Source: Bacillota bacterium | GTDB taxonomy: Bacteria; Bacillota; Sulfobacillia; JAMDAP01; JAJYMS01 | Reading direction: 5' to 3' | Length of the DNA stretch: 34,762 bases | Assembly: GCA_041695105.1 (NCBI GenBank) | Contig: JBGFRN010000300.1 | Location: forward strand, 1-34,762 | In this document: one piece after another, positions 1-7,816 of the stretch | Layout: every line of letters starts with the position of its first letter | How positions within the stretch are numbered: position 1 is the first letter of the stretch | Position numbers and translations under genes: made by a program | Notes under the pieces: model-generated | Seen by the model: the letters and a program-made list of their open reading frames with translations, nothing else | The model's database searches: none | Told to the model about the DNA's origin: nothing

Positions 1-160
1 ACCGGGGACACACTGCGGCCTGGGGGTCATAGTTACACGCCTAAAAAACTCTGATTCCTGAAACCCTTGTGCGGCGCTTTGTTGCGCCTATCATTTATCT
101 AGTCACTGTCGAACTCGGGTTAGTTTCTAAACATTAAACCCTGGATATAGCGCCTCAACA

Positions 161-188
161 TTCAACCGCGAACCTTCAACCGCGAACC
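161..188. repeat. perfect tandem duplication of the 14-nt unit TTCAACCGCGAACC
   Basis: Read directly: TTCAACCGCGAACC at 161-174 and again at 175-188, in the non-coding leader upstream of the 234 ORF. Confidence 0.8.
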
Positions 189-233
189 GAACCCTAAGCA
201 GGAACTTCTCGACAGGCGGCCAATAGCTTTTAT

Positions 234-1448
234 ATGGTCCTAAATTGGACAAAAAAAGCCCGGCGTCCCTGGCGCCGGGCCATTCACGTCTCCCTCTTGT
301 GCGTGGGGCTGGCGCTGGGCGGCCTCGGTCCAGGCGCGGGCGTGCTCGGCGCCACCCTGGCCAGCGCCACCCAGGGCAGCGCTAGCCTGGAAAGCTCCGG
401 CCCCGGCCTGAGCCGGGCCCAGACTCCGGCGATCGAGGATCGGGGTGGAACCTTCCGCGTTCTCCAGCAGCGGGAGCAGGAAGTGCGGGAGACCTTCGAG
501 GCCCTGGCTAAGCTCCAGATCGAGATTCGCGGCCTGAAAGAGAAGCGGTCCGCTCTGGATCGTGAGATCGCCAAGACCGGAGAAGATCTGCTGGCCCTGG
601 AGGTTAAACTAAAAGAGGCCGAAGGGCGCCGGGAACAGACCAAAGCGGCCGCCTCCCGGCGACTGCAGGTGATGCAGGAAAACGGTCAAATCAGGTATTT
701 TGAGGTCCTTTTTAGGGCGGCCTCATTCAGCGACTTCGTTTCCCGATTTGAGACCATCCGGTTCATCCTTCAAAACGACCTGCAGCTTTTCCAGCGCTTC
801 CAGGCCCTGACCCGGGAGGTTGAAACCAGACTGGCCGAGATCAGGGAACGGCAGGAGAAATTGAAGACGGATCGACTCAATCTGAATCTGATCGAGACTC
901 GCCTTCAGGGGGCCGCCCTGGAAAAGGAGACCCGGCTCAGATCCCTGAGCGCCGACCGGGCCGAGGTCGAACGCCGCCTGGAGGAGCTCGACCGCCGGTG
1001 GTCCAAGGGTTTTGGCCAGGTTCGGGCGCTGTACGACCACCTGGGCGAGATCGGCCAAGATCTGCGTCTGGTGGGGGCCAGGACCGAAATCCGCTGGTTC
1101 CCTTTCCGCCTCACTATCGTATTGACACAGGACAACTTGGCTATCTACCTGGCTGCCAAGGGCTCCGGGGCCTTCCTTCCTCGGATCGAGGACGGTCGCC
1201 TGACCTTCACCCTGCCGGGCCAGAACGGCGGGCTTTTCCTGAAGGTGCGGCCCGTGCCTAAAGGCAACCAAATTGATCTGGTGGCTGAAGAAATCAAGCT
1301 TGACGGTATTCCGATCTCGCGGGGGGCCTGGGAGGACTTGCTCGGCCGTCGCGAGTTGCGGATCCAGGCCCGTTCCGTTCCGGGCGAGTACCGGATTTCC
1401 GAGCTGGTCGCCGAGTCCGGCCATCTGGTGATTCAGGTGGAGCGGTAA
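234..1448 (+). CDS. membrane-anchored/secreted coiled-coil protein (CwlO/PcsB-like N-terminal coiled coil, uncharacterised C-terminal domain)
   Basis: 404-aa ORF. Basic N-terminus plus hydrophobic segment (HVSLLCVGLALGGLG). Long heptad-like E/R/K/L-rich region (about residues 70-260). No recognisable hydrolase motif in the C-terminal part. Confidence 0.5.
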   Translation: MVLNWTKKARRPWRRAIHVSLLCVGLALGGLGPGAGVLGATLASATQGSASLESSGPGLSRAQTPAIEDRGGTFRVLQQREQEVRETFEALAKLQIEIRGLKEKRSALDREIAKTGEDLLALEVKLKEAEGRREQTKAAASRRLQVMQENGQIRYFEVLFRAASFSDFVSRFETIRFILQNDLQLFQRFQALTREVETRLAEIRERQEKLKTDRLNLNLIETRLQGAALEKETRLRSLSADRAEVERRLEELDRRWSKGFGQVRALYDHLGEIGQDLRLVGARTEIRWFPFRLTIVLTQDNLAIYLAAKGSGAFLPRIEDGRLTFTLPGQNGGLFLKVRPVPKGNQIDLVAEEIKLDGIPISRGAWEDLLGRRELRIQARSVPGEYRISELVAESGHLVIQVER

Positions 1449-1511
1449 GCGCGAGAGGCCGCTCCGGTCATTATTTGCTACCGCATTGTATCTGCCGCGG
1501 TGCGAATCCGG

Positions 1512-1556
1512 AGCCAGATAAGCCAGATAAGCCAGATAAGGTAGATAAACCAGTAG
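1512..1556. repeat. 9-nt tandem repeat (AGCCAGATA x3, then degenerate AGGTAGATA and AACCAGTAG)
   Basis: Read directly in the intergenic region between the 234..1448 ORF and tatA. Confidence 0.8.
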
Positions 1557-1634
1557 TTGCGTTTTCAAGCCTGATAGGGGTAAGATAGAAACATTCGAGA
1601 AACCACGGTGACATGCATACAAGGAGGACAAGGC

Positions 1635-1811
1635 ATGCGTTTTGGTATTACCGAGCTGATCGTGATCCTGGTGATTGTCCTTCTGATCTTCGGCCCGAGC
1701 CGGCTCCCGGATCTGGGCAAGGCCATCGGGAGAACCATCCAGGGTTTCAAGGGCGCCTCCAAAGAAGAGGAGGCCGAGAGCAAGGAGGCCAAGGACGGCA
1801 AAAAGGCATAG
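1635..1811 (+). CDS. tatA: twin-arginine translocase subunit TatA/E
   Basis: [41 protein letters not shown] matches the TatA signature (TM helix, FG hinge, amphipathic helix, acidic/lysine tail). AAGGAGG lies 6-8 nt upstream of ATG 1635. The track start at 1608 is probably an N-terminal over-extension. Confidence 0.85.
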   Translation: MRFGITELIVILVIVLLIFGPSRLPDLGKAIGRTIQGFKGASKEEEAESKEAKDGKKA

Positions 1812-1827
1812 TTCTGCCGGCTGACTA

Positions 1828-2562
1828 ATGAACGATTTTAGAATGACCGTTTTTCAACATTTGGAGGAGCTTCGCCGGCGTATAATGTATTCAGCGCTGG
1901 CTTTTTTGGTTGGCACCATCGCCGCCTATAACTTCTCCGGGTACCTAATCGAGTTGGCCCTGCGCCCTGGGTATAAGTTCATTGAGGCCGGCGGCGGGCA
2001 ATTGATCTTCAAGACGGTTACCGAAGGCTTCATGCTTAACCTTCAGGTCGCTGTTTACGCCGGGCTGATTCTGGCCTCGCCGGTGGTTCTTTACAACCTG
2101 GTGGCCTTTATCATTCCTGGACTGGAGCCGCACGAGAGGCGGTACATCTATTCTATCCTGCCGGCCTTCCTAATTTTGTTTGCGATTGGGGCCACCTTTG
2201 CTTACAAACTTTTTCTCCCCTACACCTTCGAGTTTTTTGCTTCGTTCACCAGTGAGAGCATCAAGACCATGGTTTCGGCCCAAGACGTCCTCGCCTTTTC
2301 GCTTCGTTTCATCATACCGTTTGGCCTGATCTTTGAACTTCCGCTGCTGGTCTTTTTTTTGACCAAGCTCGGTATCATCTCGACCGGGTTCCTGGCCCGC
2401 AACAGGAAATACGCCATACTCATTATTTTCATCATCGCGGCCGCCCTGACCCCGCCGGACGTGGTTTCTCAGACCGCGATGGCGCTGCCGATGATCATTC
2501 TTTACGAAGCCAGCATTTGGCTGAGCCGCTTCGTCACCCCGATGAGGCGTCCACAGGAATAG
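1828..2562 (+). CDS. tatC: twin-arginine translocase subunit TatC
   Basis: 244 aa, six hydrophobic segments. N-terminus FQHLEELRRRIMYS is typical of TatC (HLxELRxR). Immediately downstream of tatA. Confidence 0.9.
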   Translation: MNDFRMTVFQHLEELRRRIMYSALAFLVGTIAAYNFSGYLIELALRPGYKFIEAGGGQLIFKTVTEGFMLNLQVAVYAGLILASPVVLYNLVAFIIPGLEPHERRYIYSILPAFLILFAIGATFAYKLFLPYTFEFFASFTSESIKTMVSAQDVLAFSLRFIIPFGLIFELPLLVFFLTKLGIISTGFLARNRKYAILIIFIIAAALTPPDVVSQTAMALPMIILYEASIWLSRFVTPMRRPQE

Positions 2563-2604
2563 TCCGAACGCCGGTTCGATTTACTCACACTTTGTGGACA
2601 TCTT

Positions 2605-3183
2605 GTGGATAAGGTGTTCGCATTTTCTTTTTGGAGGTTGATCGTATTGCGCTACCGGCTTCTGGCGGTGATTGCCGCCGGGCTCCTCCTCGGCCTGGTC
2701 TACTTCACGGCTGGCCGGGGTTGGCTTGGCCCCGAAGGGGGAACGGCCCTGCTTCTGGTCTGGGAATTGCGCGACGGGCAGCCGGTGACGAGGGCCAGAA
2801 CCGTGGAAACAGCGGCGGCGGATTTCGAGCCACCTTCGTTCTCGCCGACCTCGGGTGAGTTTTTCCTGCCCCAGTGGGCCTCCCGCCCCTGGCTGAAACA
2901 GTCTCTTCTGATCTGGCGCCCGGACGATTCCGGCCCGATCTCGCTCCGCTGGGCCACCCCACGTCCCTGGCGGCTGGTCCCCCTGGTGAGCCATGATCCC
3001 GGCGGTCCGGCCATGACCGGGGTAGATTCGGAGGGCCGGGTGAATATAGTTCACCGTGGGGAAAAGGCCGTGTTATCCCCGGGAGCGGACTGGGGTGCTG
3101 TTTGGACCGAAGGCTCAGTTCAAAAGGGCATCAGGGTCGTCCACCGGGGGCTTTACCGGGTGGCTACCAGGGCCGCCGACTGA
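2605..3183 (+). CDS. hypothetical membrane-anchored protein
   Basis: 192-aa ORF with a GTG start, one N-terminal TM (LLAVIAAGLLLGLVYF), and a Trp/Pro/Arg-rich remainder. No family recognised. Confidence 0.4.
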   Translation: MDKVFAFSFWRLIVLRYRLLAVIAAGLLLGLVYFTAGRGWLGPEGGTALLLVWELRDGQPVTRARTVETAAADFEPPSFSPTSGEFFLPQWASRPWLKQSLLIWRPDDSGPISLRWATPRPWRLVPLVSHDPGGPAMTGVDSEGRVNIVHRGEKAVLSPGADWGAVWTEGSVQKGIRVVHRGLYRVATRAAD

Positions 3184-3237
3184 GGCCGCGCCCGGACCAA
3201 AGCCGTACGGGATATTATTGATTGCCGGGGGTCTGCC

Positions 3238-3948
3238 ATGGAAGAGGTAGGAGTCGCCGTTGCTTTCGCCGCGGGCTTGGCGTCGTTTTTGTCCCCTTGC
3301 GTCCTGCCCCTGGTTCCGACCTACCTGAGCTACCTGACCGGGGCCTCGCTCGACGCCTTGACCTCCCGCGACATCTCGGGCCTGCGCGCCAGGGTCCTGG
3401 CCAATTCGGGGGCCTTCATCCTGGGCTTCAGCCTGCTGTTCATGGCCTTTGGTGCCGGTGCCAGCGCCGTCGGGGGCTTTTTGCAGCAGCACGCCGATAC
3501 TGTTCGCCGGGTCAGCGCCGTCCTGATTATCTTCATGGGGCTTAACCTGATGGGCGTAATTAAGCTCGGCTTCATGCAGCAGGAGCGACGGTTCGACCTT
3601 GGAAGCGGCCGGGGCGGCAGCCCGGGACGATCGTTTCTGCTCGGGATGGCCTTCAGCGCCGGCTGGTCGCCCTGTATCGGCCCGATCCTGGCCTCGATCC
3701 TCGCCCTGGCGGGCACCTCCGGCGGGCTTGGCCGCGGGGTTCTGTTGCTGGCCGTTTATTCGCTGGGGCTAGCCATACCTTTTTTCCTGGCGGCTTTATC
3801 GATCACCGGATTCCAATCCCTGTTCCACCGCTTCCGAACTTACCTGGGCTACGTTAACCTGGCTAGCGGGCTGTTGATGGTCGCGGTCGGGCTGCTGATG
3901 TACTTCAATTATTTCGTCCGGCTCTCGAGCTACGTGATCTGGGGCTGA
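3238..3948 (+). CDS. ccdA: cytochrome c biogenesis thiol-disulfide transporter CcdA (DsbD-beta family)
   Basis: 236 aa, polytopic. Two conserved Cys-containing motifs: FLSPCVLPLVPTYLSYL and SAGWSPCIGPILASIL. Confidence 0.85.
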   Translation: MEEVGVAVAFAAGLASFLSPCVLPLVPTYLSYLTGASLDALTSRDISGLRARVLANSGAFILGFSLLFMAFGAGASAVGGFLQQHADTVRRVSAVLIIFMGLNLMGVIKLGFMQQERRFDLGSGRGGSPGRSFLLGMAFSAGWSPCIGPILASILALAGTSGGLGRGVLLLAVYSLGLAIPFFLAALSITGFQSLFHRFRTYLGYVNLASGLLMVAVGLLMYFNYFVRLSSYVIWG

Positions 3949-3975
3949 GCCGGGAGACCGGCAACCCCATGCGAG

Positions 3976-4536
3976 GTGGTGTTTTGGTTGCCAAACACGA
4001 GACGCTTGATCTCCATTGTGGCGGTTTTAATTTTGGCTCTGATGTTGGCCTGGGCGGTTTATCAGGACCTGTTTCCCGGAGCCGGCCGCCCGACCGAGGA
4101 GCGCCCGGCTGTCGGCTTTCTGGCTCCCGATTTTGCCGGGATCGACGTGGCCACCGGCCGGACGGTCAAACTGGCCGATCTGAAGGGCAAGCCGGTCTTG
4201 CTCAACTTCTGGGCTACCTGGTGCCCACCCTGCCGTGAAGAAATGCCGGATCTGGACCAACTCAGCCGCGACTTTAAGGATAAGGCCTACGTCATCGCCC
4301 TGGGGGCCGATCCGGGTGAGCCGGCTGAGCTCCTGGCCGGCTACGCCAAACAGAATAATCTGGCCGGCCTGACCATTCTTCGGGACGCCACCGGTTCGGC
4401 CGCCCGTCGCTTCCAGGTGCGGGCGATACCGACCAGCTTTTTCATTGACGCCCAAGGGGTCATCCGAGACTACAAGCTCGGGGCCATGAGTTACCAAACC
4501 ATGGTTGAAGGTCTAAAGAGAGCCGGGGCCAAATAG
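3976..4536 (+). CDS. membrane-anchored thioredoxin-fold thiol-disulfide oxidoreductase (TlpA/ResA/CcmG family)
   Basis: N-terminal TM anchor. KPVLLNFWATWCPPCREEMPDL carries the WCxxC active site typical of ResA/CcmG. Adjacent to ccdA. Confidence 0.85.
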   Translation: MVFWLPNTRRLISIVAVLILALMLAWAVYQDLFPGAGRPTEERPAVGFLAPDFAGIDVATGRTVKLADLKGKPVLLNFWATWCPPCREEMPDLDQLSRDFKDKAYVIALGADPGEPAELLAGYAKQNNLAGLTILRDATGSAARRFQVRAIPTSFFIDAQGVIRDYKLGAMSYQTMVEGLKRAGAK

Positions 4537-4579
4537 CCGGTTCATTAGCGGGGCCATCCGGCCATAGACATGGTACGAG

Positions 4580-4840
4580 GTGGTCGAAGTGACCCTGGAT
4601 CAGGCCCCTCTGGGGAGACCGGTCCTGCTGCGAGATTTCCTCGACCGCAGGATTGAGCATCAGGCGGTCCGGCTCGGCCTGGTCGAGGGCACCTTGGTCG
4701 TTCCCCTGGAAAGGATCCCCGGCGGGCCGACCGTTTTGGGCCTGGGCAACCGGGAGATCGCCGTCGGGCTGGAGTTGGCCCGGGCCGTCCTGGTCAGGCC
4801 GTTGGTCAGGCGACTGGTCTCCGGGGCCGAGCGCCCATGA
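4580..4840 (+). CDS. feoA: ferrous iron transport protein FeoA
   Basis: 86 aa. SH3-like FeoA pattern (LDQAPLGRPVLL...RLGLVEGTLVV...GGPTVLGLGNREIAVGLELARAVLV). Stop overlaps the feoB start (ATGA at 4837-4840). Confidence 0.7.
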   Translation: MVEVTLDQAPLGRPVLLRDFLDRRIEHQAVRLGLVEGTLVVPLERIPGGPTVLGLGNREIAVGLELARAVLVRPLVRRLVSGAERP

Positions 4841-6594
4841 GCACCATCGTTTTGGTTGGGAACCCAAATGTAGGCAAATCGGCCGTTTTCGGCGCTCTGA
4901 CCGGCACCTACGCCGAGATCTCAAACTTCCCCGGCACCACCGTTGAGGTCTTCGAGGGCCGGTTGGGGGATCACTGGGTGATCGATACCCCCGGGGTTTA
5001 CGGCCTGTCCGGTTTAAATGATGAAGAAAGAGTGGCCGGTTCCGTCTTGCCCGGGGCCGATCTGGTGGTCAATGTCGTTGATTCGGTCAACCTGGCCCGG
5101 GATCTGTTTTTGACCCTTCAACTCCTGGGAATGGGCCTGAGGCCGGTTCTCTTTCTAAATATGAGCGACGAGCTGTGGGCCCGGGGAATGGAGATCGACG
5201 CCCCCGGGCTTTCCGCCCTTCTTGGCCTGCCCGTGATCCAAGGGGCCGCCGTCAGGGGCCAGGGGATCAAAGAACTTACAGAGGGAATCACTTCAGCCCT
5301 TGAGGCCGGAGGAAGCGGTTCCCGCCCGCTGGGTCTAGCCATGCGGGGTCAAGCCCCGCAGGGTCTGACCCAGGCACCGTCCATGGCCCCGGATGATTAC
5401 CGCGCCCTGCGAACCGAAGCCGACCGTATCGCCGATCGGGTTCTGAAGGGCCGAGGTCGCTCGCGGCCAATGGCCTGGTGGCTGGGGCGGGCCAGCCTCA
5501 ATCCTTGGACCGGATTGCCGATCCTGGCTGCCGTCCTTTGGAGCGTTTACTACGTATTGGGCGACCTGGTCGCCCAGCGGCTGGTCGACTTCACCGAAAA
5601 GACCGTGATGGAGGGTCTCCTGGTGCCGTTGCTGGCAGCTGGGCTCTACCCGTTGACCGGTAACGACGGGCTTTTCCACGCCCTGCTGGCCGGCCGGTAC
5701 GGGCTGGCCACCATGGCCGTCTCATATATCTTCGGTTTGCTCCTGCCTCTGGTGGCGGCATTTAACCTGATCATGGGGCTGCTCGAGGATTCCGGATATC
5801 TGCCCCGGGTTGCGGTTTTGTCCGACCGCCTGTTGACCTGGGTGGGTCTGAATGGACGGGCCGTCATTCCCCTGATCCTGGGTCTGGGGTGCGTGACCAT
5901 GGCTACCATGACCACCAGGATCCTGGGAAACCGGCGGGAGAGGTTCATCGCGAATTTCTTGCTCGCCCTGACGGTGCCCTGCTCGGCCCAACTCGGGGTG
6001 ATGGCGGCCATGCTCGGTCCGCTTGGGGGAGAGTATGTCCTGGCCTGGGGGGCGGGTCTGATGGCTGTGTTTCTTGCCTCCGGGCGGATGCTGGAGAGGC
6101 TGCTGCCCGGGCGGCCGACTCCACTGTTAGCTGACCTGCCGCCGCTGAGGCTGCCCAAAACCGGCAACATCCTAAGCAAGGCCTACCGCCGCTCCAGGTG
6201 GTTCTTGATCGAGGCCGGGCCCTTGATGGCCCTGGCTTCGCTCGGAGTGGCCCTGGCCGATTACCTTGGCTGGCTGGCCCGTTTGGAACAAAATCTAGGC
6301 CCATTCTTTGAGGGCTGGCTCAGGCTTCCGGCCGGGGCGGCCCCGGCCTTCCTGGTTGGTATGCTCCGGCGCGATTTCGGGGCGGCCGGACTTTACGGGC
6401 TGCCCCTGGACCCGGGCCAGAAGCTAGTGGCCGTCTTTACCATGACCCTCTTCGTCCCCTGCTTGGCCTCGACCATGATGGTCGTCAAGGAACGAGGCCG
6501 TGTTGAGGGGGTTTTTCTTTGGGCGGCGGCAATGGTCACCGCGGTCGCTCTTGGCGGGATGGCCGCACGGTTAGTTCATTGGGCTGGCTTATGA
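4837..6594 (+). CDS. feoB: ferrous iron transporter FeoB (G-domain plus permease)
   Basis: N-terminal GTPase motifs (VGNPNVGKSAVF; DTPGVY) followed by a polytopic membrane domain. 585 aa. Confidence 0.9.
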   Translation: MSTIVLVGNPNVGKSAVFGALTGTYAEISNFPGTTVEVFEGRLGDHWVIDTPGVYGLSGLNDEERVAGSVLPGADLVVNVVDSVNLARDLFLTLQLLGMGLRPVLFLNMSDELWARGMEIDAPGLSALLGLPVIQGAAVRGQGIKELTEGITSALEAGGSGSRPLGLAMRGQAPQGLTQAPSMAPDDYRALRTEADRIADRVLKGRGRSRPMAWWLGRASLNPWTGLPILAAVLWSVYYVLGDLVAQRLVDFTEKTVMEGLLVPLLAAGLYPLTGNDGLFHALLAGRYGLATMAVSYIFGLLLPLVAAFNLIMGLLEDSGYLPRVAVLSDRLLTWVGLNGRAVIPLILGLGCVTMATMTTRILGNRRERFIANFLLALTVPCSAQLGVMAAMLGPLGGEYVLAWGAGLMAVFLASGRMLERLLPGRPTPLLADLPPLRLPKTGNILSKAYRRSRWFLIEAGPLMALASLGVALADYLGWLARLEQNLGPFFEGWLRLPAGAAPAFLVGMLRRDFGAAGLYGLPLDPGQKLVAVFTMTLFVPCLASTMMVVKERGRVEGVFLWAAAMVTAVALGGMAARLVHWAGL

Positions 6595-6624
6595 CGTGAT
6601 GGTATGGTTCGTGATGGTATGGTT
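6595..6624. repeat. perfect tandem duplication of the 15-nt unit CGTGATGGTATGGTT
   Basis: Read directly, starting one nt after the feoB stop. It lies about 120-150 nt upstream of the sigma-54-type promoter at 6743-6758. Confidence 0.8.
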
Positions 6625-6742
6625 ATAGTGAAGTTCGTATTAATGAAGTATCTCAAGCAACCGGTGCGGGATATCGCTCAAAAAGAATATAAGTTCACCC
6701 CCAAAAATCACAGGGAGCCGTGGCTGGCGCGGCTTTTTGTTG

Positions 6743-6758
6743 TGGCATGAATTTTGCT
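6743..6758 (+). promoter_or_regulatory. sigma-54 (RpoN) -24/-12 promoter candidate
   Basis: TGGCATGAATTTTGCT against the consensus TGGCACG-N4-TTGCW. GG (6744-6745) and GC (6756-6757) are separated by exactly 10 nt. It is intergenic, and a sigma-54-dependent activator is encoded at 16697-18070 on the same strand. Confidence 0.6.
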
Positions 6759-6798
6759 ATACTTAGAATAATTGGAGGCACAATTGGAGGCGGGCATT

Positions 6799-7329
6799 TT
6801 GAAAAAACCAGTTGCTATTTTTGCCGTTTTTATCTTGATCTTGGCTGGATACCTGGTTTACCGCAACATTATTTCAGGGCCTGTCTCGGCCGGCCCGCTG
6901 GGACCGGCACTGGATTTTCCCGGTGAGTGGGAGGGGTTGAAGCGCACGGCTCTGATTTCGGGTGACAGCGCCTTGCTTGAGTTCAAGAGGCTTCATGGAA
7001 AATCGATCCCCGTGGTGGGGGGTTACAAGGTTGATTACACCGGCCCTTCAGAAAAGGTCATCCTTTGGGTGGCCGTTGCCCAGGACCCGCGGGAGGCCGA
7101 AAAACTGGTTAAAGAAATGACCGATAAGATGATCGAGGCCGCCGGGACTCCGAGGGAGCACTTTTCCTCACCGGTTAAAGCCCCTTTGGGGAACCTGACG
7201 CTCTATTTCACCAGGGGTTCGGGCATGAACAACTACTATTACGCGCGCCAGAACCTGGTCTACTGGGTCGGTCTCAACTCTCAGCGGGAAGGCAACCTGA
7301 TGATGAAGATCGCCGAGGGAGGTCTGTGA
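6799..7329 (+). CDS. hypothetical membrane-anchored protein, first gene downstream of the sigma-54 promoter
   Basis: ORF 6772..7329. I prefer the TTG at 6799 (MKKPVAIFAVFILILAGYLVY), because GGAGG at 6786-6790 lies 8 nt upstream. The predicted sigma-54 transcript start (about 6768-6771) also leaves no leader for a 6772 start. No family recognised. Confidence 0.5.
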   Translation: MKKPVAIFAVFILILAGYLVYRNIISGPVSAGPLGPALDFPGEWEGLKRTALISGDSALLEFKRLHGKSIPVVGGYKVDYTGPSEKVILWVAVAQDPREAEKLVKEMTDKMIEAAGTPREHFSSPVKAPLGNLTLYFTRGSGMNNYYYARQNLVYWVGLNSQREGNLMMKIAEGGL

Positions 7330-7332
7330 TCG

Positions 7333-7674
7333 ATGAACCGCCGGTGGCTGTTTCTGGTCGCGATTCTGGCCGCCATAACCCTGTATAACACCATTGGATA
7401 CCACTATTTTGACGGGGTATGCTGGCTGGCCGGGCGCGGGGTAACCGGTGGGGTGTGGAGTCAGAACCACGTCAATTGGGCCTTGACCCTCTTCCATTCC
7501 GGGGTGGTTATTGCGGTAGTCCTGCTGGCGGTAGGGTTTTTTGCCAGCCTAGGCCTGACCCCGGGCCAGGACCAGGGGGCCGAAGGTGAGTGCCCCCGCT
7601 GCTCGCGTTCTGTCTCGGCCGGCTGGAAGCTTTGCCCGTATTGTGGTTTGGATGCCCTGGGGCTGAGCAGGTAG
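7333..7674 (+). CDS. two-TM membrane protein with C-terminal zinc-ribbon (CPRC-x11-CPYC)
   Basis: 113 aa, two hydrophobic helices, C-terminal CPRCSRSVSAGWKLCPYCG. Paralogous in motif to 11804..12274 and 18073..18249. Confidence 0.55.
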   Translation: MNRRWLFLVAILAAITLYNTIGYHYFDGVCWLAGRGVTGGVWSQNHVNWALTLFHSGVVIAVVLLAVGFFASLGLTPGQDQGAEGECPRCSRSVSAGWKLCPYCGLDALGLSR

Positions 7675-7759
7675 CAATTGAAGATTGGATGTTGGAAATA
7701 GTACAGTCAAGGCCCTTTTGACTAGTCGCCAAAACCGCGCCATGGCTACAATTCGCTAC

Positions 7760-7789
7760 TTGACCCTTTCAAAAAGCGGCTGTCATAAT
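7760..7789 (+). promoter_or_regulatory. possible sigma-70-type promoter (TTGACC-N18-CATAAT with a TG extended -10)
   Basis: TTGACC at 7760-7765, TGTCATAAT at 7781-7789, about 28 nt upstream of ATG 7817. By-eye match only. Confidence 0.3.
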
Positions 7790-7816
7790 TGTAGAAAGGA
7801 TTGAGAGGGGAAATCC

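Noticed and set aside
1-160. Possible RNA gene or 3' end of another intron at the start of the window
   Set aside because: Only a weak 5-bp hairpin (GGCGC-TTTGTT-GCGCC). I recognised no domain V/VI-like or tRNA-like structure.
1512-1556. Short tandem repeats (here, and at 161-188, 6595-6624, 33566-33625) as CRISPR arrays
   Set aside because: Units are 9-15 nt and directly abutting with no unique spacers. No cas genes are present.
723-1631. 302-aa - strand ORF antisense to the coiled-coil gene
   Set aside because: Shadow ORF typical of GC-rich DNA. It has Pro/Gly/Arg/Leu-rich low-complexity composition, translates the 9-nt tandem repeat as YLAYLAYLA, and overlaps a better-supported + strand gene.
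7743-7758. TGGCTACAATTCGCTA as a sigma-54 promoter upstream of 7817
   Set aside because: The GC dinucleotide is one nt too close to GG, and the flanking bases are poor. A sigma-70-like TTGACC-N18-CATAAT fits better.
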